From a bacterium (GTDB lineage Bacteria > Electryoneota > Electryoneia > Electryoneales > Electryoneaceae): a stretch of DNA of 64,000 nucleotides. Of the stretch, positions 26,789 to 38,735 are shown one piece after another. The notes under the pieces were generated by a model. It was not told the origin of the DNA, made no database searches, and saw only the letters and a list, made by a program, of their open reading frames with translations. The stretch spans positions 2,099 through 66,098 of the forward strand of contig JAHLLB010000017.1 of NCBI GenBank assembly GCA_020444425.1, in the 5' to 3' direction. Both the position numbers and the translations under genes were made by a program. Positions within the stretch are counted from its first letter, which is position 1. Each line of letters starts with the position of its first letter.

Positions 26789-27160
26789 ATGCCCACGGTA
26801 AATCAGTTGGTCCGTAAAGGTCGTAAGCGGATCGTGAAGAAGGGAACGGCGCCCGCGTTGAATAATTGCCCTCAGCGTCGCGGCGTGTGTACGCGAGTGT
26901 ACACGACGACGCCGAAGAAGCCGAATTCGGCTCTTCGTAAGGTTGCGCGTGTGCGTTTGACCAATCAGATCGAGGTTACGGCGTACATCCCGGGTGAGGG
27001 TCACAACCTGCAGGAGCACTCGATTGTGCTCGTGCGCGGCGGTCGTGTAAAGGACTTGCCGGGTGTTCGATACCACATCATTCGTGGTACGCTTGACACG
27101 TCCGGTGTCGAGGACCGCAACCAGGGTCGAAGCAAGTACGGTGCAAAGAAGAAGAAGTAG
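26789..27160 (+). CDS. rpsL: 30S ribosomal protein S12
   Basis: 123 aa; [13 protein letters not shown]...[18 protein letters not shown]. Confidence 0.98.
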   Translation: MPTVNQLVRKGRKRIVKKGTAPALNNCPQRRGVCTRVYTTTPKKPNSALRKVARVRLTNQIEVTAYIPGEGHNLQEHSIVLVRGGRVKDLPGVRYHIIRGTLDTSGVEDRNQGRSKYGAKKKK

Positions 27161-27213
27161 CCGTCTGGTCGTCCCGGGGTTTCGGGGCGCGCGGCATTAC
27201 CAGGGAATGGCGT

Positions 27214-27684
27214 ATGGCCAGGCGTAGACGCGCTGATAAACGAGAGATCCTTCCGGATCCGAAATTCCAGTCGCTGAAGGTCGCGAAGTTCATCAACAAC
27301 TTGATGAGTCGCGGCAAGAAGTCGACGTCGGAAGGTATTTTTTACGACGCGATTGATATCATTGACCAGCGCACGAAGGGTCGTGGGTTGGAGATCTTCG
27401 AGAAGGCGGTTCGCAATGTGCAGCCGATGCTCGAGGTGAAGAGTCGTCGTGTTGGTGGTAGTACCTATCAGGTGCCGGTAGAGGTTCGTCAGGACCGCGG
27501 CCAGGCACTTGCAACCCGCTGGATCATTTCGTATGCCAAGGCCCGTGCGGGCAAGAACATGGCGGATAAGCTCGCCGGTGAGTTCATGGCGGCAGCGAAC
27601 GGCGAAGGATCGTCGATCAAGAAGCGGGAAGACACGCACAAGATGGCGGAGGCGAACAAGGCGTTCGCGCACTTCCGCTGGTAG
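27214..27684 (+). CDS. rpsG: 30S ribosomal protein S7
   Basis: 156 aa; [18 protein letters not shown]... Confidence 0.97.
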   Translation: MARRRRADKREILPDPKFQSLKVAKFINNLMSRGKKSTSEGIFYDAIDIIDQRTKGRGLEIFEKAVRNVQPMLEVKSRRVGGSTYQVPVEVRQDRGQALATRWIISYAKARAGKNMADKLAGEFMAAANGEGSSIKKREDTHKMAEANKAFAHFRW

Positions 27685-27796
27685 TCCGGTAGCCTTGCGA
27701 GGCATGCCGGCACAGGACTTCACGCCGGTATGTTTCGATTTGATTTGGCTTTGATGAGCTGGTCATGGGGAACCTCCGGCTCACACGAGAGAAGTA

Positions 27797-29920
27797 ATGG
27801 CGAACCAGAAGAAAAAAGGAAATGGCGAGGCTCGTCGCTGGCCGCTTGGCAAGGTGCGCAACTTTGGTATCATGGCGCACATTGACGCCGGCAAGACCAC
27901 GACGACGGAACGCATCCTCTACTACACCGGCCGTACGCATCGTATGGGTGAGGTGCATGAGGGCGCCGCGGTAACCGACTGGATGGAACAGGAGCGGGAA
28001 CGCGGCATCACCATCACTTCGGCATCGATCACGACCGAGTGGAAGGGGCATCGCCTGAGCCTCATCGACACCCCCGGGCATGTCGACTTCACGGCTGAAG
28101 TCGAACGTGCGCTGCGTGTGCTCGATGGTGCTGTCGCCCTCTTCTGTGCCGTCGGTGGCGTTGAGCCGCAATCGGAAACGGTTTGGCGTCAGGCCGACAA
28201 GTACAAAGTTCCCCGACTCTGCTATATCAACAAGATGGACCGGACGGGCGCGGATTTCTTCCGCACCTATGAGATGATTCAGGATCGTTTCGGTCATCAT
28301 CCGATTCCCGTGCAGATTCCCATGGGTGCCGGCGAGATGTTTAACGGCCTCATCGACCTGATCAAGATGAAGGCCGTCTGGTACATTGAGGAAACGCAGG
28401 GGCTGAAGTTCGAGGAAGGCGACATCCCCGCTGACTTGCTTGATGAAGCGAAGAAGTGGCGTGAGAAGATGCTCGAGTCCATCAGCGATTATGATGACGA
28501 GCTGATGGAGATGTTCCTCGATGAGCAGGAAATTCCGGAGAATCGGATCAAGTCGGCGTTGCGCAAGGCGACGATTGACCTGAGCGTGACCCCGGTTCTG
28601 TGCGGGTCCAGCTACAAGAACAAGGGCGTGCAGCGCCTGCTCGACTCCATCGTGGATTACCTTCCGAGTCCGGAAGATCGTGCGATTGTTACGGGCATGC
28701 ATCCGCACACTGAGCAGCCGATTGAACGGAAGCAGGTTGACGACGAGCAGTTCAGCGGCCTCGCGTTCAAGATCATGACCGACCCGTTCGTCGGGCGGTT
28801 GACCTATGTCCGTGTGTATTCGGGCACAATGGATTCCGGCCAGACTGTGTTTAATCCGCGCACCGGCAAGAAGGAGCGCATCGGTCGAATCCTCGAGATG
28901 TTTGCGAACAAGCGCGAAGAGCGCAAGTCGGTTCACGCCGGCGGTATTGTCGCGCTGGTTGGGATGAAGGATGTGCGCACGGGCGACACCCTTTGCGATC
29001 CCAGCCACCCGATTCTGCTGGAATCACTGTCCTTCCCGACCCCGGTGATCACCCGGGCGATTGAACCCAGAACCAAGGCAGACCAGGATCACCTGCTCGA
29101 CAGCTTGCTGAAGCTGGCGGAAGAGGATCCGACGTTCATCGTCAAGTATGACGAAGAATCCGGCCAGACGCATATCAGCGGCATGGGCGAGCTTCACCTT
29201 GACATTCTGATTGATCGTCTGCTGCGTGAATTCCAGGTTCAGGCGAATGTTGGTAACCCGCAGGTTGCCTATAAGGAAGGCGTTTCCGAGACGGCGCAGG
29301 CGGAAGGCCGTTTTGTCCGTCAGTCCGGTGGCCGTGGCCAGTTTGGCCATGCTGTCATCGAGCTGTCGCCGCTTAAGGAAGGCGAAGTTGCGGACAACGG
29401 TTTGGTCTTCGAGGACGGGATTGTCGGCGGAACGATTCCGCGTGAATACATTCCGGCCGTGAAGAAGGGTATTGAGCAGGCGATGGGGAACGGCGTTCTC
29501 GCCGGGTATCCCCTTGAGAATATCCGGGTACGGTTGTTTGACGGTTCATTCCACTCGGTCGACTCCAACGAAATGGCGTTCCAGATTGCCGGTTCGATGG
29601 CGTTGAAAGAGGCGGTGAAGAAAGCGAAACCGTTCCTGGCTGAGCCGATCATGAAGCTGGAAGTCGTGACACCGGAAGAGTATGTCGGTGATGTGATGGG
29701 CGATCTGAACGGTCGTCGAGCCAGAGTTACCGGTATCAACCCGCGCTCGGATGCGCAGGTGGTGGATGCTGAGGTGCCGCTGGCGAACATGTTCGGATAT
29801 GCCACCAGCCTGCGTTCAATGACGCAGGGCCGCGCGCTGTTCACGATGGAATTTGATCATTACCAGCGCGCGCCGAAGGAAGTTGAAGAGGAAGTCATTA
29901 AGAAGGTTCGTGGCTACTAG
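27797..29920 (+). CDS. fusA: elongation factor G
   Basis: 707 aa; [30 protein letters not shown] GTPase motifs. Confidence 0.98.
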   Translation: MANQKKKGNGEARRWPLGKVRNFGIMAHIDAGKTTTTERILYYTGRTHRMGEVHEGAAVTDWMEQERERGITITSASITTEWKGHRLSLIDTPGHVDFTAEVERALRVLDGAVALFCAVGGVEPQSETVWRQADKYKVPRLCYINKMDRTGADFFRTYEMIQDRFGHHPIPVQIPMGAGEMFNGLIDLIKMKAVWYIEETQGLKFEEGDIPADLLDEAKKWREKMLESISDYDDELMEMFLDEQEIPENRIKSALRKATIDLSVTPVLCGSSYKNKGVQRLLDSIVDYLPSPEDRAIVTGMHPHTEQPIERKQVDDEQFSGLAFKIMTDPFVGRLTYVRVYSGTMDSGQTVFNPRTGKKERIGRILEMFANKREERKSVHAGGIVALVGMKDVRTGDTLCDPSHPILLESLSFPTPVITRAIEPRTKADQDHLLDSLLKLAEEDPTFIVKYDEESGQTHISGMGELHLDILIDRLLREFQVQANVGNPQVAYKEGVSETAQAEGRFVRQSGGRGQFGHAVIELSPLKEGEVADNGLVFEDGIVGGTIPREYIPAVKKGIEQAMGNGVLAGYPLENIRVRLFDGSFHSVDSNEMAFQIAGSMALKEAVKKAKPFLAEPIMKLEVVTPEEYVGDVMGDLNGRRARVTGINPRSDAQVVDAEVPLANMFGYATSLRSMTQGRALFTMEFDHYQRAPKEVEEEVIKKVRGY

Positions 29921-29950
29921 TCCACCAACGCAACCTCTGGAGACAGATCG

Positions 29951-31141
29951 ATGGCGAAGGAAGTATTTGAGCGGACGAAGCCCCACGTAAATGTGGGAAC
30001 GATTGGTCACGTGGACCATGGCAAGACGACGTTGACGGCCGCGATGACGTTGGTGTTGTCGAAGGCGGGCGGAGCGGAATTCCGTTCGTTCGATTCGATT
30101 GACAACGCGCCGGAAGAGCGTGAGCGTGGTATCACGATCGCGACGGCCCACGTCGAATATGAGTCGGAGAACCGTCACTACGCGCACGTTGACTGTCCAG
30201 GTCACGCGGACTACGTGAAGAACATGATCACGGGTGCTGCGCAGATGGACGGTGCGATTGTGGTTGTGAGTGCGGCTGACGGTCCGATGCCGCAGACTCG
30301 TGAGCACATTCTTTTGGCTCGTCAGGTGAACGTGCCGGCGTTGGTGGTTTACATGAACAAGGTCGACCTGGTCGATGACGAAGAGTTGTTGGACCTGGTA
30401 GAGCTTGAGATGCGCGAGTTGCTTTCGGAATACGAATTTCCGGGCGACGACATTCCGATCATCCGTGGTTCAGCGCTTGAGGCGTTGAACAATCCGGATG
30501 ATGAGAAGGCGACGACGTCGATCTTTGAATTGATCAAGGCTGTCGACGATTTCATTCCGGAGCCTGAGCGTGCGACGGACCTTCCGTTCCTGATGCCTGT
30601 CGAGGATGTGTTCTCGATTACGGGTCGTGGTACGGTGGCGACGGGTCGTATTGAGCGTGGCATCGTGAAGACCGGTGAAGAGCTTGAGTTGGTCGGTCTT
30701 GGTGCAGCCCGCAAGACGGTTGTGACGGGTGTCGAGATGTTCCGCAAGATCCTGAATGAGGGTCAGGCGGGTGACAACGCGGGTCTGTTGCTTCGTGGTG
30801 TTGACAAGGATGAGATCGAGCGCGGGATGGTTTTGGCGAAGCCGGGTTCGATTACGCCTCACACGAAGTTCGAGGCCGAGGTTTACATCCTGAGCAAGAA
30901 CGAAGGTGGCCGTCACACTCCGTTCTTCGATGGGTATCGTCCTCAGTTCTACTTCCGGACGACGGATGTGACTGGCGCGATCAAGTTGCCTGAGGGCGTC
31001 GAGATGGTGATGCCTGGTGACAACATCAAGATGGATGTGGAGCTGATCGCACCGATCGCGATGGAAGAGACGCTTCGTTTCGCGATTCGTGAGGGTGGCC
31101 GTACCGTCGGCGCCGGTGTTGTTGCGAAGATTATTGAGTAG
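29951..31141 (+). CDS. tuf: elongation factor Tu (copy 2, str-operon position)
   Basis: 396 aa, protein identical to copy 1; nucleotide differences seen only in the last ~30 nt (GGT/GGC, GTC/GTT synonymous); flanking sequence diverges immediately outside the CDS. Confidence 0.97.
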   Translation: MAKEVFERTKPHVNVGTIGHVDHGKTTLTAAMTLVLSKAGGAEFRSFDSIDNAPEERERGITIATAHVEYESENRHYAHVDCPGHADYVKNMITGAAQMDGAIVVVSAADGPMPQTREHILLARQVNVPALVVYMNKVDLVDDEELLDLVELEMRELLSEYEFPGDDIPIIRGSALEALNNPDDEKATTSIFELIKAVDDFIPEPERATDLPFLMPVEDVFSITGRGTVATGRIERGIVKTGEELELVGLGAARKTVVTGVEMFRKILNEGQAGDNAGLLLRGVDKDEIERGMVLAKPGSITPHTKFEAEVYILSKNEGGRHTPFFDGYRPQFYFRTTDVTGAIKLPEGVEMVMPGDNIKMDVELIAPIAMEETLRFAIREGGRTVGAGVVAKIIE

Positions 31142-31231
31142 TGACGTTTCCCGGTAAGGTTGCAGGCCGGGTGGATGGATAGAACTGCAGTTTAGTGGGA
31201 TTACGATTTTCCCATGTGAGTGGAGGCCAGC

Positions 31232-31540
31232 GTGGCCGGACAGAATATCCGGATTCGCCTGAAGGCGTACGATCACATCCTCTTGGACAAGTCGGCGCAG
31301 AAGATCATCCAGACGGTCCGTTCTACAGGAGCGGCGATATCTGGTCCGATTCCTCTGCCAACGAAGCGTTCGTTGTACACGGTGCTTCGTGGTCCGCACG
31401 TGGACAAGAAGTCGCGCGAGCAGTTTGAGACGCGTGTGCACAAGCGGCTGATTGACATTCTCAATTCGACGTCCAAGACGATTGATGCGCTAATGAAGCT
31501 TGAGCTTCCGGCGGGCGTCGACATTGAGATCAAGACCTGA
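31232..31540 (+). CDS. rpsJ: 30S ribosomal protein S10
   Basis: Likely GTG start ([15 protein letters not shown]) with GGAGG SD; alternative ATG at 31220 as in the ORF track. Confidence 0.93.
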   Translation: MAGQNIRIRLKAYDHILLDKSAQKIIQTVRSTGAAISGPIPLPTKRSLYTVLRGPHVDKKSREQFETRVHKRLIDILNSTSKTIDALMKLELPAGVDIEIKT

Positions 31541-31553
31541 GGAGGGCGTGACG

Positions 31554-32177
31554 ATGCCAAAAGGAATGCTGGGCCGGAAGATCGGCATGACCAGCGTATA
31601 CCGTCAAGGTATCCAGATTCCCGTCACCGCCATTGAAGTGCTGCCGAACCCGGTAGTCCAGGCGAAGACGGCAGACGGACCTGACGGGTACAATGCGCTG
31701 CAGCTCGGGTACGGCAAGAAGAGCGTACGCCGGGTGAACCAGCCGATGCAGGGCCATTACAAGCGTGCCGGCGTGGATCCGAAGCGTGTGTTGCGTGAAT
31801 TCCGCGATATGACTGGTTTCGAAGCTGGTCAGGAAGTGAAGGCGGAAGACGTTTTTGAACAAGGTGATTTCGTGATGGTACGTGGCAAGAGCCGCGGCCG
31901 TGGGTTCGCCGGCGTGATCAAGCGCCACGGATTCGGCGGTCACAAGGCCAGCCACGGTACTCACGAGAGTTTTCGCGGACCCGGTTCCATCGGTTCGTCG
32001 GCCACTCCATCCCGCGTGTTCAAGGGGATGAAGATGGCTGGTCAGATGGGGAACAAGACTGTAGCCGTGAAGAACCTTGAAGTGATCGAGTTGATCGGCG
32101 ATAAGCATGTGATGCTGCTATCGGGCGCAGTGCCCGGCAGCTCAAACAGCATCGTCGAAATTCTGAAAGCCGAGTGA
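31554..32177 (+). CDS. rplC: 50S ribosomal protein L3
   Basis: GGAGGG SD then ATG 31554: [19 protein letters not shown]... Confidence 0.95.
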   Translation: MPKGMLGRKIGMTSVYRQGIQIPVTAIEVLPNPVVQAKTADGPDGYNALQLGYGKKSVRRVNQPMQGHYKRAGVDPKRVLREFRDMTGFEAGQEVKAEDVFEQGDFVMVRGKSRGRGFAGVIKRHGFGGHKASHGTHESFRGPGSIGSSATPSRVFKGMKMAGQMGNKTVAVKNLEVIELIGDKHVMLLSGAVPGSSNSIVEILKAE

Positions 32178-32181
32178 TGCC

Positions 32182-32838
32182 ATGAAGTTGCCGGTATACA
32201 ACCGAGACGGACAGTCGACGGGCAAGGAAGTCGAGCTTGACCCGACAGTGTTCGAGATCGAACCGAATGAGCATGTGATGTACCTGGCAGTGAAGGTGCA
32301 GCGTGCCCGGATGCGTCAGGGGACGCATTCGTCGAAGAACCGCTCGATGGTGAGGGGTGGTGGCCGCAAGCCCTGGCGTCAGAAGGGTCGTGGTGCAGCC
32401 CGTGCCGGTACGACGCGCAGTCCGCTGTGGCGTCATGGTGGGACCATTTTCGGGCCGAGTCCGCATCCGTACCGGATGGATATCCCGAAGAAGGTGAACC
32501 GCCTGGCCCGCCGCAGTGCACTTGCGGATCGTGCTCAGAGCGACGCGATCATGTTGGTTGAAGATTTCAGCTTTGATGCTCCGCGGACGAAGGACCTTGC
32601 GTCCATCATCAGTGCGCTGAACCTACAGGATGAGAAGGTTCTGCTGCTGACGAAGGATTACGAAGGCGATCTGGCCCGTAGTGCTCGCAACATGGAACAT
32701 GTGGCGGTGCGTGTGGGGATCGAAGCTTCGACGTATGACCTGTTAAACTACCGGACGCTCCTGATTCAGGTGGGAGCGCTGGATTCCATCTCTGAGGTGT
32801 TGGGTGGACGAGAGCGCACGACTGAGAAAGCTGCTTAA
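32182..32838 (+). CDS. rplD: 50S ribosomal protein L4
   Basis: 218 aa; MKLPVYNRDGQSTGKEVELDPTVF. Confidence 0.95.
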   Translation: MKLPVYNRDGQSTGKEVELDPTVFEIEPNEHVMYLAVKVQRARMRQGTHSSKNRSMVRGGGRKPWRQKGRGAARAGTTRSPLWRHGGTIFGPSPHPYRMDIPKKVNRLARRSALADRAQSDAIMLVEDFSFDAPRTKDLASIISALNLQDEKVLLLTKDYEGDLARSARNMEHVAVRVGIEASTYDLLNYRTLLIQVGALDSISEVLGGRERTTEKAA

Positions 32839-33103
32839 GCGGCCACTACAGACAGAGAAGGCTGTGTTGATGACGGAAGTCGGCAACACGTACGTCTTCG
32901 AAGTCCCGAAGGATGCGAACAAGATTGAGATTCGCCGTGCGATCGAACAATTGTTCGATGTCACGGTGAAGGAAGTTCGCACGGTCCGGCTTCCGGGCAA
33001 GAAGAAGCGCCTGGGCCGATACGAGGGCTACCGCCCCGGACTGAAGAAGGCCTACGTGACCCTTGCTGAGGGTCAGAGCCTCGAGCTGTTTGAGAACGTG
33101 TAA
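32804..33103 (+). CDS. rplW: 50S ribosomal protein L23
   Basis: 99 aa; aligns to L23; 35-nt overlap with rplD, so start uncertain. Confidence 0.85.
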   Translation: MDESARLRKLLKRPLQTEKAVLMTEVGNTYVFEVPKDANKIEIRRAIEQLFDVTVKEVRTVRLPGKKKRLGRYEGYRPGLKKAYVTLAEGQSLELFENV

Positions 33104-33176
33104 CCGCCGCCGCAGCGGTCGTCTTCCAAGTGAATGACGGTTGGCGATGGCCTTTGGACACCGCCGTGAGGGAACG

Positions 33177-34007
33177 ATGCTTAAGAAGTATAACCCGACA
33201 ACACCCGGCACGCGATTTCGCGTGAATCTCGACTATCAGGAACTGTCGAAAGTCGAGCCGGAAAAGAGTCTGCTTGAAGCGCTGCCGAAAAAGGGCGGTC
33301 GCAACAACAATGGACGTATTACCGCGTGGCAGCGAGGTGGCGGCCACAAGCGCAAGTATCGTCGCGTTGATTTCAAGCGAGACAAGTTCAACATCCCCGG
33401 CAAGGTGGCGACGATCGAGTACGATCCGAACCGTAACGCCTTTATCGCGCTGGTCGTGTATGCGGACGGCGAGAAGCGTTACATCCTCGCCCCGAAGGGT
33501 TTGACCATCGGTGATATGGTCAAGTCCGGCCGTGAGGACGTGGAGATTCGCACCGGCAACACGATGCCGCTGGCGATGATCCCGATGGGCACGGAAGTGC
33601 ACAACGTTGAGATGACCCCTGGCCGTGGAGGTCAGATGGCGCGTGCCGCAGGCGCGAGTGTCCGTCTGATGGCGCGTGACTCGGGCATGGCGGCGTTGAA
33701 GCTACCGTCCGGCGAGATGCGCCAGGTTCCTGAAACCTGCCTTGCGACCATTGGTGTGGTTGGCAATGAGCAGCATGAGAACCAGCAGTACGGCAAGGCT
33801 GGTAAGACCCGTTGGTTGGGTCGCCGTCCGAACGTGCGTGGCGTGGTCATGAACCCGGTCGATCACCCGATGGGTGGTGGTGAAGGCCGTAGTTCCGGTG
33901 GACGTCACCCGTGCACGCCTTGGGGCAAGCCGACGAAGGGCTACAAGACACGTAAGCCGAACAAGCAGTCGGACAAGTACATCATCAAATCGCGCAAGAA
34001 GAAGTAA
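33177..34007 (+). CDS. rplB: 50S ribosomal protein L2
   Basis: Start [16 protein letters not shown] at 33177 (GAGGG SD), internal to ORF 33141..34007; GGGHKRKYR and [19 protein letters not shown] motifs. Confidence 0.96.
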   Translation: MLKKYNPTTPGTRFRVNLDYQELSKVEPEKSLLEALPKKGGRNNNGRITAWQRGGGHKRKYRRVDFKRDKFNIPGKVATIEYDPNRNAFIALVVYADGEKRYILAPKGLTIGDMVKSGREDVEIRTGNTMPLAMIPMGTEVHNVEMTPGRGGQMARAAGASVRLMARDSGMAALKLPSGEMRQVPETCLATIGVVGNEQHENQQYGKAGKTRWLGRRPNVRGVVMNPVDHPMGGGEGRSSGGRHPCTPWGKPTKGYKTRKPNKQSDKYIIKSRKKK

Positions 34008-34028
34008 GCGATACGGAGTGGAGAGCAG

Positions 34029-34316
34029 ATGGCCCGCTCGATCAAAAAAGGTCCGTTCATTGACGATCACCTTCAGGAGAAGGTTGACGCAGCGCGCGGA
34101 TCGAGCAGCAAGAAGGTGATCAAGACCTGGTCCCGTCGCAGTACGATCAGCCCGGACTTCGTCGGAATGACGATTGCCGTGCACAACGGCAAGAAGCATG
34201 TGCCGGTATTTGTGACGGAGAACATGGTTGGCCACAAGCTCGGCGAGTTTGCGCCGACGCGGACGTTCCGCGGCCACATCAAGGGCAAGTCGGAGAAGGC
34301 GGGCAAGGTCAAGTAA
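34029..34316 (+). CDS. rpsS: 30S ribosomal protein S19
   Basis: 95 aa; [15 protein letters not shown]... Confidence 0.97.
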   Translation: MARSIKKGPFIDDHLQEKVDAARGSSSKKVIKTWSRRSTISPDFVGMTIAVHNGKKHVPVFVTENMVGHKLGEFAPTRTFRGHIKGKSEKAGKVK

Positions 34317-34351
34317 GCACTTGACTTCACCCTGCACGAGAAGGTGGACGA

Positions 34352-34696
34352 ATGAAGGCAACGGCAACGTCGCGGTTTGTTCGCATAGCACCGCGAAAGG
34401 CTCGCCTGGTGGCGGACATGATTCGCGGCCAGAAGGCGGGCGTCGCCCAGGGCATGTTGACCCTCAGCCCGCGCAAGGCGGCTGCTGAGGTTGAGAAGCT
34501 GATGCGTTCAGCGCTATCGAATCTGATGACGAAGGACGAGTCTGGTTCGCTCGACGTCAACGAAGCCCGCGTGGTGGAAATTCGTGTCGATGAGGGTCCG
34601 ACGCTGAAGCGCTGGCGTCCCCGTGCCCAGGGCCGGGCGACCCGCATCAACAAGCGCACGAGTCACATGACCATTACGGTGGAAGCGGCCGAATAG
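34352..34696 (+). CDS. rplV: 50S ribosomal protein L22
   Basis: 114 aa; conserved order. Confidence 0.93.
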   Translation: MKATATSRFVRIAPRKARLVADMIRGQKAGVAQGMLTLSPRKAAAEVEKLMRSALSNLMTKDESGSLDVNEARVVEIRVDEGPTLKRWRPRAQGRATRINKRTSHMTITVEAAE

Positions 34697-34720
34697 GGCT
34701 GCCGCACGACGAGGTACAGG

Positions 34721-35389
34721 ATGGGTCAGAAGGTACATCCGATCGGGTTTCGCCTGAAGGTGAACAAGGGCTGGAGCTCGAACTGGTTCGATGAGAAGAA
34801 CTTCGCGAATACGCTGAAGCAGGATTTGGACCTGCGGGCGTATCTCGACAAGCGTCTGCAGAACGCCGGCGTGACCCGTGTCGAGATCGAGCGTACGCCG
34901 AAGCTGATCACGATTTCGATTCACACCGCGCGTCCGGGCATTGTCATCGGCCGCAAGGGATCGGAAGTGGACAAGCTGAAGGCTGAGTTGGCGCTGTATA
35001 CGGGCAAGGACGTACAGCTGAACATCTTCGAGGTGAAGCGTCCGGAAACCGAAGCGGCGTTGGTCGCGGAGTCGATCGCTCACCAGTTGCGCGGGCGCGT
35101 CAGTTTCCGCCGTGCGATGAAGAAGTCGATTCAGTCGGCGATGCGTATGGGCGCCGAAGGGATCAAGGTGATGTGCAGTGGCCGGTTGGGCGGCGCGGAA
35201 ATGAGCCGCACCGAGATGTACAAGGAAGGCCGGATTCCGTTGCACACGCTGCGTGCTGACATCGACTATTCGCAGCAGACCGCGTTTACGACGTATGGCA
35301 CGATCGGCGTCAAGGTCTGGATCTGCAAGGGCGAGGTGTTTGGCCGTGGTGGAACGGGCCAGCAACAGCAGCAGCGCCAGGGCAAGTAA
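34721..35389 (+). CDS. rpsC: 30S ribosomal protein S3
   Basis: 222 aa; [23 protein letters not shown]; KH domain. Confidence 0.97.
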   Translation: MGQKVHPIGFRLKVNKGWSSNWFDEKNFANTLKQDLDLRAYLDKRLQNAGVTRVEIERTPKLITISIHTARPGIVIGRKGSEVDKLKAELALYTGKDVQLNIFEVKRPETEAALVAESIAHQLRGRVSFRRAMKKSIQSAMRMGAEGIKVMCSGRLGGAEMSRTEMYKEGRIPLHTLRADIDYSQQTAFTTYGTIGVKVWICKGEVFGRGGTGQQQQQRQGK

Positions 35390-35463
35390 ATGAGTGAGGC
35401 CGTTACGGCGGCCTGTGTGGATAGAGTTCCGGGGAAATGCCCCGGTGACCGAGGAATGCAGTC

Positions 35464-35877
35464 ATGCTTTCTCCCAAGAGAGTAAAACACCGCAAGACCC
35501 ACCGCGGCCGGATGCGTGGTCTGGCGCAGCGCGGCAACAAGGTCAATTTCGGCGACTTTGGTATCATGACGCTTGATCCTGCGTGGATCACGTCACGCCA
35601 GATTGAGGCTGCTCGTGTCGCGATGACTCGTCACGTGAAGCGTGGCGGCAAGGTCTGGATCCGGATCTTCCCGGACAAGCCGGTGACGAAGAAGCCGGCC
35701 GAGGTCCGCATGGGTAAGGGTAAGGGTTCGCCGGAATTGTGGGTGGCAGTTGTGCGCCCGGGCCGTATCATGTTCGAGCTCGGTGGTGTAGAAGAGGGTT
35801 TGGCGCGTGAGGCGTTGACCCGTGCGATGCACAAGCTTCCGGTACGGACGAAGATCGTATCGCGGTTGGAGGTATAA
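35464..35877 (+). CDS. rplP: 50S ribosomal protein L16
   Basis: 137 aa; [19 protein letters not shown]. Confidence 0.97.
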   Translation: MLSPKRVKHRKTHRGRMRGLAQRGNKVNFGDFGIMTLDPAWITSRQIEAARVAMTRHVKRGGKVWIRIFPDKPVTKKPAEVRMGKGKGSPELWVAVVRPGRIMFELGGVEEGLAREALTRAMHKLPVRTKIVSRLEV

Positions 35878-35880
35878 GGC

Positions 35881-36108
35881 ATGCCGAGTCGGAAGATGGA
35901 AGACCTGCACGCCATGGAGCTGGAAGAGCTTCGCGCTCGGTTGAACGACGCGGAGGAAGAGCTTGCGAACCAGCAGTTTCAGCTCGGCTCCGGGCAGCTT
36001 GAGAACACGGCGTCCGTGAAGGAAAGCCGGAAGAATGTGGCACGGATCAAGACCTTGATTCGTGACCGGGAATTGAAAGCAGACGCCGCCGCAGGCGGTG
36101 AGGCGTAA
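35881..36108 (+). CDS. rpmC: 50S ribosomal protein L29
   Basis: 75 aa; coiled-coil L29 pattern ([31 protein letters not shown]...VARIKTLI). Confidence 0.85.
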   Translation: MPSRKMEDLHAMELEELRARLNDAEEELANQQFQLGSGQLENTASVKESRKNVARIKTLIRDRELKADAAAGGEA

Positions 36109-36166
36109 GACAGAGGCAGCTGCCGGGTGAGGTGCGCTTCACCGGGCGGATACCCAGGAGCAGGCT

Positions 36167-36460
36167 GTGGCAGACGAGAAAACCCAGGCGGTGGATGCTG
36201 GTGAGGTGGTGCTTGGTCACCGCCGCACGTTGACCGGAACCGTGGTTTCGGACAAGAACGACAAGACGGTGACCGTACAGGTCATCCGTCAGCTGCAGCA
36301 TCCGCGCTACAAGAAGTTCATTAAGAAGTCGAAGAAATACCATGCGCATGACGAGCTGAATGACGCTCATGAGGGCGATGTTGTGAAGATCGTCGAATCT
36401 CGTCCGATGTCGCGTCTCAAGCGCTGGCGTGTGGTTGAAGTGTTGAAGCGGGCGGTGTAA
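36167..36460 (+). CDS. rpsQ: 30S ribosomal protein S17
   Basis: 97 aa; [20 protein letters not shown]; conserved position. Confidence 0.93.
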   Translation: MADEKTQAVDAGEVVLGHRRTLTGTVVSDKNDKTVTVQVIRQLQHPRYKKFIKKSKKYHAHDELNDAHEGDVVKIVESRPMSRLKRWRVVEVLKRAV

Positions 36461-36516
36461 AAAGCGCCTCGTGTGTCAGGTTTCACTCGCCCTGCGAAGG
36501 GCAAGAGGACTGAAAA

Positions 36517-36885
36517 ATGATTCAGGAAGAAACTGTGCTCAGCGTCGCGGACAACACGGGTGCCCGAAAGGTCAAGTGTTTCCGTGTTCTTGGCGGCACC
36601 AAGCGCCGTTACGCATCGATTGGCGACATCATTATCGTTTCGGTACGCCAGGCGATTCCGAATTCTCCGATCAAGAAGGGTTCGGTGCAGAAGGCGGTTG
36701 TCGTGCGGACGAAGAAGTCGGTGCGGCGCGTGGATGGCACGTACATCCGATTTGACGACAACGCGGCTGTGATTCTGGATGAGCGTTTTGAGCCGAAGGG
36801 CACTCGTATTTTCGGCCCGGTGGCGCGCGAGCTGCGTGAAGAAGGATACATGAAGATTGTCAGCCTTGCGCCGGAGGTTCTCTGA
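36517..36885 (+). CDS. rplN: 50S ribosomal protein L14
   Basis: 122 aa; [27 protein letters not shown]. Confidence 0.98.
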   Translation: MIQEETVLSVADNTGARKVKCFRVLGGTKRRYASIGDIIIVSVRQAIPNSPIKKGSVQKAVVVRTKKSVRRVDGTYIRFDDNAAVILDERFEPKGTRIFGPVARELREEGYMKIVSLAPEVL

Positions 36886-37253
36886 TGTACGGTAGCAGGA
36901 AGCAGACGAAGAAGGTCCGCCGTCACAGCCTGAAGGTCCGCAAGGGCGACGAGGTTCTCGTTGTCGCGGGCAATGATCGTGGCAAGCGCGGCAAAGTGTT
37001 GAAGGTTTTCCCGAGTGAAGAACGGATCATCGTTGAAGGCGTGCGTTTTGTGAAGCGTCATCAGCGGCCGAACCAGAAGATGCCGCAGGGCGGTATCCTG
37101 GAGCGCGAGGGGAAAATTCACGTTTCCAATGTGAAGGTGATCGACCCGAAGTCGGGTAAGCCGACACGGATCGGCCACAAGGTGGTCGAGGAGCAGGACG
37201 GCAAGACGCGTCGTGTGCGTGTGGCGAAGGTTTCGGGCGAAACGCTTGGTTAA
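36885..37253 (+). CDS. rplX: 50S ribosomal protein L24
   Basis: 122 aa; KOW motif (VRKGDEVLVVAGNDRGKRGKVLKV). Confidence 0.93.
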   Translation: MYGSRKQTKKVRRHSLKVRKGDEVLVVAGNDRGKRGKVLKVFPSEERIIVEGVRFVKRHQRPNQKMPQGGILEREGKIHVSNVKVIDPKSGKPTRIGHKVVEEQDGKTRRVRVAKVSGETLG

Positions 37254-37263
37254 GAGGTAGATC

Positions 37264-37929
37264 GTGGCGAAGAAGGACAAGGCAGCAGCTGAGCAGCCCG
37301 CGAAGGGTAAGAAGGACAAGAAGGATGCCGCTCCGGAAGTGACTGGACCGCCGGAAGGCTACGTCCCGCGGATGAAGATGCTGTACGCCGAGAAGGCGAT
37401 ACCCGCGCTGAAGGAGAAGTTCGGCTTCGATAATCCGATGCGTGTACCGCATCTGGAGAAGGTGATCCTCAACGTTGGCATCGGCGATGCGAACAACGAT
37501 CAGAAGCTGCTGGACAGCGTGGTCGATGAGTTGACGATCATTTCGGGCCAGAAGCCGGTGGTCACCCGCGCGCGCAAGTCGATTTCGAACTTCAAGCTGC
37601 GTGAAGGGATGCAGGTTGGTGTTCGCGTGACGCTGCGCAAGTACCACATGTGGGAATTCCTCGATAAGCTGTTCAATCTGACGATGCCGCGTGTACGCGA
37701 CTTCCGTGGTGTCAGTGACCGCAGCTTTGACGGACGTGGCAACTACTCGATGGGCATCAAGGAACAGATCGTGTTTCCGGAAATCGTCTACGACAAGGTC
37801 GAGAAGATTCACGGGATGGACATCACGATTGTGACTTCGGCCCCGAACGACGAAGAAGCTCGTGAGCTGTTGCGTCTGTTGGGTTGCCCGTTCCGTAAGC
37901 GTGGCACCGACCAGATGCAGGCGGCGTGA
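37264..37929 (+). CDS. rplE: 50S ribosomal protein L5 (with ~35-aa Lys/Ala-rich N-terminal extension)
   Basis: GTG start; core aligns from [21 protein letters not shown]...[16 protein letters not shown]. Confidence 0.93.
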   Translation: MAKKDKAAAEQPAKGKKDKKDAAPEVTGPPEGYVPRMKMLYAEKAIPALKEKFGFDNPMRVPHLEKVILNVGIGDANNDQKLLDSVVDELTIISGQKPVVTRARKSISNFKLREGMQVGVRVTLRKYHMWEFLDKLFNLTMPRVRDFRGVSDRSFDGRGNYSMGIKEQIVFPEIVYDKVEKIHGMDITIVTSAPNDEEARELLRLLGCPFRKRGTDQMQAA

Positions 37930-37984
37930 TGTAGCCCGGATTTATTGAATCCGGGGGACATGTAGAAACCGAAGAGAGAGCACC

Positions 37985-38170
37985 ATGGCGAAGAAGTCAA
38001 AGATCGCTCACTGGAAAAAGCCGAAGAAGTTCAAGGTTCGCGAGTACAATCGCTGCAACCTGACCGGCCGTTCGCGTGGCTATCTGCGCAAGTTCGGTAT
38101 CTCGCGCATCAAGTTCCGCGAGCTGGCGCTTGAGGGGAAGATCCCTGGCGTGACGAAGGCGAGCTGGTAG
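37985..38170 (+). CDS. rpsZ: 30S ribosomal protein S14 (short, type Z-like)
   Basis: 61 aa; [48 protein letters not shown]. Confidence 0.92.
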   Translation: MAKKSKIAHWKKPKKFKVREYNRCNLTGRSRGYLRKFGISRIKFRELALEGKIPGVTKASW

Positions 38171-38294
38171 GCAACACGACGCAACAAACTCGGGCTCGCT
38201 TGCAAAAGGCGCAACGGCCTGTTACCATCAGCCCTTTTGGTGGGGCGAACGCTGGAGACGGCGTGGTTACGTCCGAACAGGAAGGATACGGACC

Positions 38295-38696
38295 GTGTCG
38301 AAAGTGACTGATCCAATCGCGGATTACCTGACTCGGATTCGCAATGCACTGCATGCGAAGCATCCGACGGTGGATATTCCGGCCAGCACGCTGAAGCGTG
38401 AGATCACCAAGATCCTGGTCGATGAAGGGTATGTCCGCAACTATTTGAACATCGATGATGGCACCCAGGGAATCCTGCGTGTCTTCCTGAAGTACGATCA
38501 GGAAGGCAAGTCCATCATAACCGGGCTGAAGCGTTTGAGCAAGCCTGGTTTGCGCAGGTATGTCGGTTTCCGTGAGATTCCGCGAGTGCGCAACAATCTG
38601 GGAATCACGGTGCTCAGCACTCCGCAGGGAGTGATGACGGGAAAGCGTGCCCGTTTTGAGCAGGTGGGTGGCGAGCTGCTGCTCTCCGTTTGGTAA
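38295..38696 (+). CDS. rpsH: 30S ribosomal protein S8
   Basis: 133 aa; MSKVTDPIADYLTRIRNA. Confidence 0.97.
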   Translation: MSKVTDPIADYLTRIRNALHAKHPTVDIPASTLKREITKILVDEGYVRNYLNIDDGTQGILRVFLKYDQEGKSIITGLKRLSKPGLRRYVGFREIPRVRNNLGITVLSTPQGVMTGKRARFEQVGGELLLSVW

Positions 38697-38735
38697 GCAA
38701 AACTCCCGCCGTAGTTGGCGGTAGCTGAGGTTAGC

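Noticed and set aside
27617-29008. 463-aa minus-strand ORF opposite fusA; 323-aa and 263-aa minus ORFs opposite both tuf copies
   Set aside because: Antisense to conserved EF-G/EF-Tu genes; duplicated along with tuf, which explains their apparent conservation.
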